Shown here piece after piece: positions 27,241 through 35,745 of a DNA stretch of 64,000 nt. The translations under genes were made by a program, and so were the position numbers. The stretch's first letter is position 1. Each line of letters starts with the position of its first letter. Source of the DNA: Patescibacteria group bacterium (lineage in GTDB: Bacteria > Patescibacteriota > Minisyncoccia > Phycocordibacterales > Phycocordibacteraceae); NCBI GenBank assembly GCA_040390125.1, contig JAZJYZ010000001.1, positions 506,396 through 570,395 of the forward strand. Direction: 5' to 3'. A model generated the notes under the pieces. The model saw only the letters and a program-made list of their open reading frames with translations. It was not told the origin of the DNA and ran no database searches.

Positions 27241-28899
27241 ATGGGTCTTGATTTTTTAAATGTTGATCTGTTGGCGCTGGGCATAAGCATCGCAGCAATA
27301 GGTATTCTGGGTTTCGTAGTGTTCCTTCAAAACCCAAAAAGTGCGACTCATTTCGCCTTTCTTTTTACAGCCGTGATGACCGCCTGCTACGGCGTAGCCA
27401 ACTATGTAAATTACCAAGTCTCTGATCCTGTAGCGATATTATGGTTAATACGCATAGTTATTTTTTTTGCAGTATGGCATGCATTTTCTTTTTTCCATCT
27501 TTTTTTCGTCTTTCCAGAAATACGAGTACGCTATCCGGTATGGTATCGGCTCGCCCTTATCCCGGCAGTCACTGCAGTTTCAATCCTAACACTTACACCC
27601 TTTGTTTTTACAAAACTTTCTAAAATCGGTGGTATCGGCGAAGTTTCAACGCCCGAAATAGGGATAGCTGCCCCAGTCTTCTTTGCTACGATTGCATTTC
27701 TTATATTAGCCGGTATCTATCTTTTATTAAAAAGAACTTTCCGAACAAACCCCCAAGAGCGTAAGCGTTTTATATACGTGCTTATCGGGAGCGTCCTGTC
27801 TTTTGGGCTTTTGCTGATTTTGAATCTAATTTTTCCCATACTCTTTAATTCCGTCGTCTTTGTTCCGTTTGCAGGGCTCACCTTTTTGCCCTTCATCTTC
27901 TTCACTGGTTATGCAGTCATTCGATATAAACTTTTGGATGTAAAAGTGTTGAGTACGGAAATCGTTGCTTTGGCACTTTCTATTGTTGCTTTTGTGCAAA
28001 TTATCTTTGCCCAAACTTTGCTCGAAAAAGTATTCACCTCTGGAGTATTCCTTCTCGTTTTACTTTTCAGCTTTATGCTTATAAAAGGAGTAACTAATGA
28101 AGTAAAGCAACGTGAAGAAATTGAACATCTTGCCGATAACCTGAGAGTCGCTAACGACAAACTTAAAGAACTCGACAGACTTAAATCACAATTTCTCTCC
28201 ATGGCTTCGCATGACCTTCGTGCACCCTTAACTATCATTCGTAACTTTATTTCACTGCTTTTGGATGGCTCTTACGGGGTTTTGGCACCGGCAGGAAAGG
28301 AAGGTTTACAGCAAGTTTTTGATAGGGCAACAGACATGGCGAAATCAGTGGAAACCTATCTTGACGTGTCACGCATAGAGCAGGGAAGAATGAAGTATGA
28401 CTTTATTGATATTGAGCTCTTGCCATTAGTCAAAAATGCAGTCACTGCATTTACGCCGAACGCTGAAAAAAAAGGTTTGAAACTCACCGCTACGTATGAC
28501 AGTGCACTTGAGGGAGCCAAAGCAAAAATAGATGTATCAAAAATGAACGAAGTGTTGAATAACTTGCTCGACAACACCATCAAGTACACACCGACAGGCA
28601 CAATGAATTTAAGTCTAAAAAGAATAGGTGATGCTTCATCGGGTCCGAAGGGACCATCAGTGGTTCGCCTTACTCTGAAAGACACAGGAGTGGGTATGAG
28701 TGCAGATACATTGAAAAACCTTTTTCAACTCTTCAGGCCGGGTGAAGATTCTAAGCGTATAAATCCTGCTTCAACGGGCGTAGGACTCTTTGTCACTAAA
28801 GCCCACGTAGAGGCACATAAAGGAAAAGTTTGGGCTGAATCTGAAGGGGTAGGGAAGGGCTCCACGTTCATTATGGAGCTTCCTCTTTTGACGGCTTAA
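27241..28899 (+). CDS. Sensor histidine kinase (multi-TM sensor + HisKA + HATPase_c), no adjacent response regulator
   Basis: ~6 N-terminal TM helices; H-box ...LKSQFLSMASHDLRAPLT...; N/G boxes ...LLDNTIKYTPTGT..., ...DTGVGMSAD..., ...GVGLFVTKAHVEAHKGKVWAESEGVGKGSTF... Confidence 0.85.
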   Translation: MGLDFLNVDLLALGISIAAIGILGFVVFLQNPKSATHFAFLFTAVMTACYGVANYVNYQVSDPVAILWLIRIVIFFAVWHAFSFFHLFFVFPEIRVRYPVWYRLALIPAVTAVSILTLTPFVFTKLSKIGGIGEVSTPEIGIAAPVFFATIAFLILAGIYLLLKRTFRTNPQERKRFIYVLIGSVLSFGLLLILNLIFPILFNSVVFVPFAGLTFLPFIFFTGYAVIRYKLLDVKVLSTEIVALALSIVAFVQIIFAQTLLEKVFTSGVFLLVLLFSFMLIKGVTNEVKQREEIEHLADNLRVANDKLKELDRLKSQFLSMASHDLRAPLTIIRNFISLLLDGSYGVLAPAGKEGLQQVFDRATDMAKSVETYLDVSRIEQGRMKYDFIDIELLPLVKNAVTAFTPNAEKKGLKLTATYDSALEGAKAKIDVSKMNEVLNNLLDNTIKYTPTGTMNLSLKRIGDASSGPKGPSVVRLTLKDTGVGMSADTLKNLFQLFRPGEDSKRINPASTGVGLFVTKAHVEAHKGKVWAESEGVGKGSTFIMELPLLTA

Positions 28900-29686
28900 C
28901 TGACGATTTCTCGATATTTAGTCGCTTAGCCTCTTCGAAGGCGAGATCGAATATCTTTTTCATTGCATCTGCAATAGTTGGACTGTCAATATGGATTGAA
29001 ATGAGTTCATCGTGCAACATAAAACCGACAGTGTTATCGAAAACTGCAAAGTCAGACATGAAGTGCCATTTCTCAGGTGAAATAAGTTGTGCATCATCAA
29101 TATGAGTTACATTTTTCCTTAGATAGTCCGCCTGTTCGGTATAAGGATGAATCCCATGCATTGCGATACCTAACTCCATGCGCCGTTTTACATACGAAGG
29201 AAGATACTCCGGAAGTGTATTTTGAATCTTGTCAGTTGACGAAACAATTCGAATGACCTTCTCCTTCATTTCGAGAGTTTCTTCGAAAGAATTCACAAAA
29301 CCCGCCTTTCCTTCAAAGATACGAACATGGGGTCGTTTCTTATTGCCTCCATAGAGTAATTTAAGGTCAGGAAGTAAATGTTCAATTGATTTCTGAATCT
29401 GTAGTTTTTCATTAGCGGTCTGTTGAGCGATCCGAGCGAGTTGTTCTGGCGGTACAACAACATATTTTTTAATTTTTTCTCCACCGGAAATACTAGTAAG
29501 CCCACGTGCTTGCAAAGATTCAAGGACAACATAGGTAGAACTGCGATTTAGTTCGGCTTTATCAGCAACTTCATGTGCAGTTGCAACTTCAAGCTCTAAG
29601 AGAGCAAGGTATGCCCTCGCCTCTTTTTCTGAGAGTCCAAAATTGACCAATTCTTCTGTAAACATGTTGTTGGTAGTGGTAAACAC
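28871..29686 (-). CDS. TrmB-family transcriptional regulator
   Basis: N-terminal wHTH ...LVNFGLSEKEARAYLALLELEVATAHEVADKAELNRSSTYVVLESLQARGL...; 271 aa with C-terminal effector-like domain. Confidence 0.75.
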   Translation of the reverse strand: MFTTTNNMFTEELVNFGLSEKEARAYLALLELEVATAHEVADKAELNRSSTYVVLESLQARGLTSISGGEKIKKYVVVPPEQLARIAQQTANEKLQIQKSIEHLLPDLKLLYGGNKKRPHVRIFEGKAGFVNSFEETLEMKEKVIRIVSSTDKIQNTLPEYLPSYVKRRMELGIAMHGIHPYTEQADYLRKNVTHIDDAQLISPEKWHFMSDFAVFDNTVGFMLHDELISIHIDSPTIADAMKKIFDLAFEEAKRLNIEKSSVKPSKEEAP

Positions 29687-29711
29687 TTAATTTTCCATTA
29701 TGGATTCTTCT

Positions 29712-29736
29712 GGTCTCTGTTGTCAATGACTAACAA
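29712..29736. promoter_or_regulatory. Perfect 8-bp-arm inverted repeat TCTGTTGT-N9-ACAACAGA upstream of the TrmB-family gene (candidate operator)
   Basis: Read directly, 26-50 nt upstream of the minus-strand start at 29686. Confidence 0.35.
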
Positions 29737-30143
29737 CAGATTACCAAAACACGCCTGTACAGTAGGCCTGCCTCGATAAGGTTTTAAAAGAAGATTTGAC
29801 ATAATTCTTTTATTGTTTTTTTATACCTGTCCATACTTCACAACACTTTTTAACATTTTAAAGTGATTTTGCATGCGGAGGGTTGATTCAAAGAATCGTC
29901 TCAAGTCGACAACTGTGAAGCTTTTGATATTTAACAAAAATTTTAAAACGTACGACATTCAATGCGTTGCAGAAAAGGAGATTGATGCAATTACAGGAAA
30001 AATAAAAACCGAAGGACTTCAGTGCGACCACGTTGTAGATGAACAGGAAATAGATAAAAAAATGAAAACTACCGGCTACTCCCGTGCCAAATATTATTAG
30101 AACGATTCCAAAGGTAAACATTTGAAGTGTAATTAATTCTTAT

Positions 30144-31394
30144 TTGCTAATGGTCAATGTAAAAATTATGTCAAGATTCCAATCTTCGGCAAAGAAATTG
30201 TCAAATTTATTAATGAACAGGCAACTAGCCTGCGATCAAGTGAGTTTTTTTGTTGACGGTAAAGTGTTTGAAGAGCTATCACCTCTCGATGTGGCGAAGC
30301 ATAACTGTTTACACCTGATTAATCTTTTATCAAAATTCGATACAGCCACCCTTGAGAAGTCTTCACAGAAAATTCTGCAAATAGAAGTTGTGCCGGATTT
30401 GCTCGTGTATGCATTGCAATTAGCTCATGTTTTTAATCACGATCCCATAGAAAATTTGCTAAAAGAACACGGCATAGTCATTGATGAAACAATCCAACTA
30501 ACTAACCTAAACGAATTAAGGGATAAAATTTTAGAAAGTAAAAAGACCACATTGAAAGTTGAGAGTATTCAAAAGACAGTTATTCAGGCTGCATCATACC
30601 TTGCTAGAATTTGTGACAAGAATGACCACGGGACTATTATGTCAACAAATGAAGTTTCAACCAACGTTACTGTTCCATTGTTAATGGCCTCAATAGAGCT
30701 TTCAGATTTGCTTAAGGTAGATTTATATACTGCCTATAAAGAACGCATAGAACAGATTGTGGCAAAGTATGGTAATGTGCGGAATTTGTTAGATAAAAGA
30801 GCCAATTCATTTGAATGGTGTGGGCCAGCTAAATTACCTAGAGAAGACGGTGAGTGGAAACTTTACGGATTCAAAGACATAATTTTTGGAAAAACTGTTG
30901 AAGGGGTAGCGTTAGTTTTGGGGGAAGTAGAGAAGCAAGAGAATGTTTTAATAAGACTACATTCTCAATGTATTACAAGTGAAGTGTTTCGATCGTTAAA
31001 ATGCGACTGCAAAGACCAGTTGGATACAGCGGTCGAGTTAATAGTTGAAAAAGGACAGGGTGTGATCGTGTATGTACTTGAGGAGGGGCGGGGTATTGGA
31101 ATATATAACAAGGTGGCAGCGTATGCAGAACAAGATACCGGAAAGGACACCATTGAGGCCAATATATCGATTGGGCAACCTGTGGAGGGTAGAACTTTTA
31201 AACTTGAAGGAAAAATCCTACGACACTTAAACCCAAAATCCATTATATTAATAACCAATAATCCAGATAAAATTAAAGCTATGGAAAAGATTGGTGTGGC
31301 AATAAAAAAAATATTTGAGACACGGACACCTAGTGGTCCTCATAGTAGGGGATATATTCATACAAAAAGGGAAAAGTTTGGTCACGGGATCTAA
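30144..31394 (+). CDS. GTP cyclohydrolase II (RibA)-like catalytic domain (aa ~235-416) fused to an uncharacterised ~235-aa N-terminal domain
   Basis: ...IRLHSQCITSEVFRSLKCDCKDQLDTAVELIVEKGQGVIVYVLEEGRGIGIYNKVAAYAEQDTGKDTIEAN...EGRTF...ILITNNPDKIKAMEKIGV... aligns with RibA ...[23 protein letters not shown]...[38 protein letters not shown]...ERDF...LLTNNPKKVEIL...; zinc Cys triad, Tyr105- and Arg128-equivalents present. Confidence 0.75.
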   Translation: MLMVNVKIMSRFQSSAKKLSNLLMNRQLACDQVSFFVDGKVFEELSPLDVAKHNCLHLINLLSKFDTATLEKSSQKILQIEVVPDLLVYALQLAHVFNHDPIENLLKEHGIVIDETIQLTNLNELRDKILESKKTTLKVESIQKTVIQAASYLARICDKNDHGTIMSTNEVSTNVTVPLLMASIELSDLLKVDLYTAYKERIEQIVAKYGNVRNLLDKRANSFEWCGPAKLPREDGEWKLYGFKDIIFGKTVEGVALVLGEVEKQENVLIRLHSQCITSEVFRSLKCDCKDQLDTAVELIVEKGQGVIVYVLEEGRGIGIYNKVAAYAEQDTGKDTIEANISIGQPVEGRTFKLEGKILRHLNPKSIILITNNPDKIKAMEKIGVAIKKIFETRTPSGPHSRGYIHTKREKFGHGI

Positions 31395-31646
31395 CTTCCT
31401 GATATATATAAGATTGAAATAGGATCAGCTCTGTTCCGTAGAAAAAATTTCTTTGTACGGATCTATGGCCGATAGGTGTATGCATGAAGAAAGAAGTCAT
31501 TTCGATCCTTGCTAAAACTATTGACAATCGTAATCTGGAGCATTATGTATGTGATATTTTGTTGAATCTGAGAGTTTTTTAAAGATTGTGCAATGTAACA
31601 CAACTCAATTTATTTCATTTTAAATCGGAGCAGGTAAGACTATGGC

Positions 31647-33689
31647 TCATAGCTTTCTAATGACACCTTTCCCAGCATCCACTTCCACCATATCACCATT
31701 CTTAAGAATTTTAGTTGCTATATTTGTGCCGACAATACAAGGTTTTTTTAATTCACGAGCAGTAATCGCAGCGTGGGATAAAAGTCCCCCAGAATCAGTA
31801 ACAAAAGCAGCAGCTTTTTGCATGAGTGGCAGAAAATCTGGACGTGTCATACCGGTTACCAGTATCTCACCATCCGCAAAGTCGGTCTCGTTTGGATCAA
31901 GGACCACCCTAACGTGACCGCGCACCACCCCTTTGAAAACAGAAAGTCCCTTGAGTTCAGAACCATTATCATCCTGACTGAGAAGTCTCTGTAAGAGTTG
32001 GAAACGCTCGCCTGTAAGAAATTTACTCTCTCCGTTTTCATTAAATAAAATTGCTACACCATTAATGCGCTCTCTTAGAATCTCTTTATTGGGACGTACT
32101 CCTTTTTCAAGTGCATCTATGTCGTTACTTGCTAACACAAAAACCTCTTCTTCAGTAAGTTCAGGAAAAAAATGTGAGGCAATTTTTCTAAAAAGGTAGT
32201 CTGCTTCTGGATACACTCCTTCCAAGTAAGCACGAACTTTACTGAAAGTATCCAAATACTTTTCTATGATTTTAGAAGGCAAAAAATCTGCCGCCCTTTT
32301 CAAGGTGAAATTTGCTGGCACGTGTGCGTATATGGCATTCGCGACCGCACGGTAATCTTCAATGGAATAGTTTTTTTTCTTTTTCAAATCAGTAAATAAT
32401 GAAAGCGCAGCATCGGTGCGCTCATACAATTCTTGGCACCAATGTTCCACTATATTTTCGTCCTCTATGATTCGTTCAGCATATGTTCTACATATAGTGT
32501 TCATTTCGTTTGCGGGAACGAAATTTGAACTAACATTTTTATCACACACCACAATATGGTGTGTGAATTTCATGCCTGAATATTTTGACAATTCTTTTGT
32601 ATACATTCTTCCGTAGAGCGATGGAAATAAGAGGCTCATATTGGTATTTGACCAATTTTGAGTCCATATTTTTTGTTCAAATAGGTCTTGAAGTTGCAAA
32701 TCCCGATTATCACTTACCTTAATAATGGACTCTGATGTATCAAGTGTCGTTATTGGGCGACTTTGGGTTATGAAAAATTTCTCATTTTCTAAAGCCCATT
32801 CAATATCAACTGGAAATGCATAATGTTTTTCTATACCGAGAACGATTTCTGAAAGTTCTAGAATCTGAGTATCGGAAAGTTTTTGTTTTTTTGTTTTTTC
32901 AAGAGCGTTAACCCACTGATTCCCACTTTTCCCCCCATCCACACGAATAAGTGAACGGGTTTGTTCTGATATATTTTTGTCAAGAATTGCTTTCGGCTCT
33001 TTCGTGACCACATAAGAATCAGGTGTAATTTTTCCCGAAACTATAGCTTCACCCAAACCGAAACCTGCCTCAATAATCATCTGATTCCTATCCTCTGTCA
33101 CTGGATGCACAGAAAACGCAATGCCGGAAACTTCGCTCTGTACCATTTTCTGAATCACAACAGCAACGGAAATCTTTGAAGTGTGCAATCCTTTTTGAAA
33201 GCGGTAGAAAATAGCACGTGGAGTAAAAAGCGATGCCCAACATCGGCGTATATTATCAAGTAGTGCCTCCTCTGTAGTATTCAGAAACGTGTCGAGCTGT
33301 CCTGCCCATGCGGCGGATGCGCTGTCTTCGGCAGTTGCTGACGAGCGCACTGCGACAAATTCTGCATCAAGCTTTTTAAAGCTTTTCTCAATCTCTCTAG
33401 CAATATCTTCCGGTATTTCTTTTGCAAGAATGAGCGTCTGTATCTGTTCAGAGGCACGTTCTACTGTTTCCATATTTTCAACCTGAACGGTCTTGAGGAT
33501 AGCACTTATTTCAATATTGAGATCCACAACCTCAATGAAATGCTCAAAAGCGGAAGCGAGAATTACAAAACCCGACGGGACCGAAATCCCTGCCTGAGTC
33601 ATTTCCCCAAGCGATGCTCCCTTTCCTCCAGCTACGGAAGTGTCGTTTTTAGAAATTTGCGAGAATAATTTTATCCATTTCATTATCAA
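31647..33689 (-). CDS. PEP-utilising enzyme family dikinase with rifampin-phosphotransferase-like domain order (N-terminal PPDK-type ATP-grasp, central domain, C-terminal mobile phosphohistidine domain; no PEP-binding TIM barrel)
   Basis: N-term ...DTSVAGGKGASLGEMTQAGISVPSGFVI...; extreme C-term ...GEILVTGMTRPDFLPLMQKAAAFVTDSGGLLSHAAITARELKKPCIVGT... (His domain ends the protein). Confidence 0.8.
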   Translation of the reverse strand: MIMKWIKLFSQISKNDTSVAGGKGASLGEMTQAGISVPSGFVILASAFEHFIEVVDLNIEISAILKTVQVENMETVERASEQIQTLILAKEIPEDIAREIEKSFKKLDAEFVAVRSSATAEDSASAAWAGQLDTFLNTTEEALLDNIRRCWASLFTPRAIFYRFQKGLHTSKISVAVVIQKMVQSEVSGIAFSVHPVTEDRNQMIIEAGFGLGEAIVSGKITPDSYVVTKEPKAILDKNISEQTRSLIRVDGGKSGNQWVNALEKTKKQKLSDTQILELSEIVLGIEKHYAFPVDIEWALENEKFFITQSRPITTLDTSESIIKVSDNRDLQLQDLFEQKIWTQNWSNTNMSLLFPSLYGRMYTKELSKYSGMKFTHHIVVCDKNVSSNFVPANEMNTICRTYAERIIEDENIVEHWCQELYERTDAALSLFTDLKKKKNYSIEDYRAVANAIYAHVPANFTLKRAADFLPSKIIEKYLDTFSKVRAYLEGVYPEADYLFRKIASHFFPELTEEEVFVLASNDIDALEKGVRPNKEILRERINGVAILFNENGESKFLTGERFQLLQRLLSQDDNGSELKGLSVFKGVVRGHVRVVLDPNETDFADGEILVTGMTRPDFLPLMQKAAAFVTDSGGLLSHAAITARELKKPCIVGTNIATKILKNGDMVEVDAGKGVIRKL

Positions 33690-33749
33690 AACAATACCAT
33701 TTTTAGATCTAATGTGAAAAACGATGCCACTTAAGTTCAGTAGTTAGAT

Positions 33750-34151
33750 GTGCCAATCCTGTTTCAATATGCCCATGAGACTCTTCGTCACCAAAGTAGT
33801 CAAAATTTATATTTTAAAGTCGATATCCCACGGGGTATACTGCACTATATGGATACACTCGTGCATGCAGATATTTTCTTTTTTATTACTGCGATTGCAG
33901 TGCTATTGGGTACGGGAACATTCCTTGTTGCCTCATGGTACGTAATTCAGATTCTGCGTGATGTACGTGAAATATCAACGAAAGCAAAAAATGCGGCAGG
34001 GAAACTCGAGATTGATTTTGAAACACTCAGGGCAGACATGAAGCGAAAGGGTGATAAGGTTGGCGTTATTGCTGATACGTTTTTAGCATTTATTGCAAGT
34101 TGGGTTCCTCATCCTAGAAAAAAGAAAACCGAAAAAGCTGATGTGCTATAA
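33750..34151 (+). CDS. Hypothetical small membrane protein
   Basis: One TM segment ...FFFITAIAVLLGTGTFLVASWYVIQIL...; weak. Confidence 0.35.
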   Translation: MPILFQYAHETLRHQSSQNLYFKVDIPRGILHYMDTLVHADIFFFITAIAVLLGTGTFLVASWYVIQILRDVREISTKAKNAAGKLEIDFETLRADMKRKGDKVGVIADTFLAFIASWVPHPRKKKTEKADVL

Positions 34152-34187
34152 TAAAGGTTGGATTAAATAAAACTAATAAAAAACAGT

Positions 34188-34592
34188 ATGGACAAGAAAG
34201 GTAATTTGGGTATGAAGGTAGGTATTGCAGCAGGAGTAACGGCAGCTGTAGCGGCTGCAGCAGGAGCGTATTGGCTTTACGGTGCTAAACATTCAGCAAA
34301 ACACCGCCAGATGGCGAAGAGCTGGATGCTTAAAGCTCGTGCAGACGTTATGGATGCAGTCGAGAAGATAGGCGAAATCGACCGAGCAGCATACGTTCGT
34401 GTAGTTGATGAAGTCATGAAGCGTTACGCAGGAGTGAAAGGCTCTACATCCGCCGAAGTAGCAAAGGTGGTTGCTGAATTAAAGAATTCATGGAAGCACA
34501 TGCAAAAGGCAGGAAAAAAAGTTGCCAAAAAAACTGTGAGCAAAAAACGCTCTCCGGTCAAAAAAGCAATAAGAAAAGCAAAATCTGCATAG
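34188..34592 (+). CDS. Hypothetical protein with N-terminal TM/Ala-rich segment and Lys-rich C-terminus
   Basis: ...MKVGIAAGVTAAVAAAAGAYWLYG...; followed by canonical terminator. Confidence 0.5.
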   Translation: MDKKGNLGMKVGIAAGVTAAVAAAAGAYWLYGAKHSAKHRQMAKSWMLKARADVMDAVEKIGEIDRAAYVRVVDEVMKRYAGVKGSTSAEVAKVVAELKNSWKHMQKAGKKVAKKTVSKKRSPVKKAIRKAKSA

Positions 34593-34606
34593 TAGTTTCC
34601 TCCAAA

Positions 34607-34640
34607 CAAAAAGCCCCCGCTTGGGGGCTTTTTGTTTGGA
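34607..34640 (+). terminator. Rho-independent terminator (AAAAAGCCCCCGCTTGGGGGCTTTTTGTTTGG)
   Basis: GC-rich 7-bp stem + T-run immediately after 34188..34592. Confidence 0.8.
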
Positions 34641-34748
34641 AATTCAGTCATCAAGATAATCCACAAAGCTCCATACAGCACCTTGACCGTTTTGTTGCTT
34701 TAAGGTACAGTGATATTGACTTTTGAATAAAATTCAATATAAATTTTT

Positions 34749-35147
34749 ATGGCGTTTTTTACTGAATCAGTAGGATTGAGAAAGCCAAAATCCGCTCTTG
34801 CGGGAGGGTTAGCTTTTCTTGTGGCACTTGCTGCACCTATAACTGCAACAGCAGGGGAGAGAAAACCCGCCTCTTCTTCACGGGCAGTAGATTCAGATCC
34901 AGTACTATTCGCAGCAAGAGAAAGACAATGGGAAGAAGAGGCAAGGATGAGGGCAGAGGAGGAGGCGGCAGGACCAGAAGGGAGTCCAGGACGGATTGCA
35001 TTCGATAAAAGGCGAAAAGCCGAGCGGTGTCTAGAAAGTCAAAAAATAATCAAAAAAAACGGGAAGGTTGGCTTAATGACAGGGCAAGGCTTAGATGCTA
35101 ACTGTCCACCAGATGTTGCGAAAAGAGTTCGTGATGCATACAGATAA
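34749..35147 (+). CDS. Hypothetical secreted protein (signal peptide, Glu/Arg-rich)
   Basis: ...LAGGLAFLVALAAPITATAGE...; no family recognised. Confidence 0.35.
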   Translation: MAFFTESVGLRKPKSALAGGLAFLVALAAPITATAGERKPASSSRAVDSDPVLFAARERQWEEEARMRAEEEAAGPEGSPGRIAFDKRRKAERCLESQKIIKKNGKVGLMTGQGLDANCPPDVAKRVRDAYR

Positions 35148-35738
35148 TCATAGATTTGTATCTCCCTCAAACTTCACTGCTCCTGGGCACCCTGGAAAAC
35201 CTAAACTGACTCCGCCGTAATAATCGTTTACACCTTTAGGGATAATCACTTCGGCAATCAGTGTACACAATTCTTTATTTGATATTCCTAGGCGACTCAT
35301 TAAATCATCACTGGCTTTGCGACGGATTTCACCAATAGGTTCTTTCAGAATAGAAACAAGAAACGATTTATCGTTGGGGAAAAAGAAAATTTGATATTCT
35401 GCATCCTGAGTAGTAGTGTCGCTTCCTCTTGGATATCCTGTGTAGAAATAGTCAGTTGATGTGGCAATGTCGGTTCCTTTGGTGAAGTCTAAAACAAATA
35501 AACTTCCTGCAACAGTAGCCACTTCAAGGCTAGAAGAAGAAATCCCCCCATGCACATTCGTCGTTGCGGTCGGCGAGATTGGTCCTCCATTTGAGAAAGG
35601 AAAGAGATCTTCTCTAGAAGTATTCGTACTTAGGGTACCTGTGTTAGAAGATATAAATAAATAAATAGAAAGTGCTCCAAGTCCCAGAATGAGGACGAGG
35701 CCGGCAACTGCAACAATTAGAATGTTCCGTGAATACAT
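35148..35738 (-). CDS. Hypothetical membrane-anchored/secreted protein, second gene of minus-strand operon with 35746..36756
   Basis: N-terminal TM ...ILIVAVAGLVLILGLGALSIYLFI...; Thr/Ser-rich linker; 8-nt gap from upstream gene. Confidence 0.5.
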   Translation of the reverse strand: MYSRNILIVAVAGLVLILGLGALSIYLFISSNTGTLSTNTSREDLFPFSNGGPISPTATTNVHGGISSSSLEVATVAGSLFVLDFTKGTDIATSTDYFYTGYPRGSDTTTQDAEYQIFFFPNDKSFLVSILKEPIGEIRRKASDDLMSRLGISNKELCTLIAEVIIPKGVNDYYGGVSLGFPGCPGAVKFEGDTNL

Positions 35739-35745
35739 AGATTTT

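Noticed and set aside
31642-31917. 91-aa plus-strand ORF
   Set aside because: It lies entirely antisense to the well-supported C-terminus of the PpsA-like gene.
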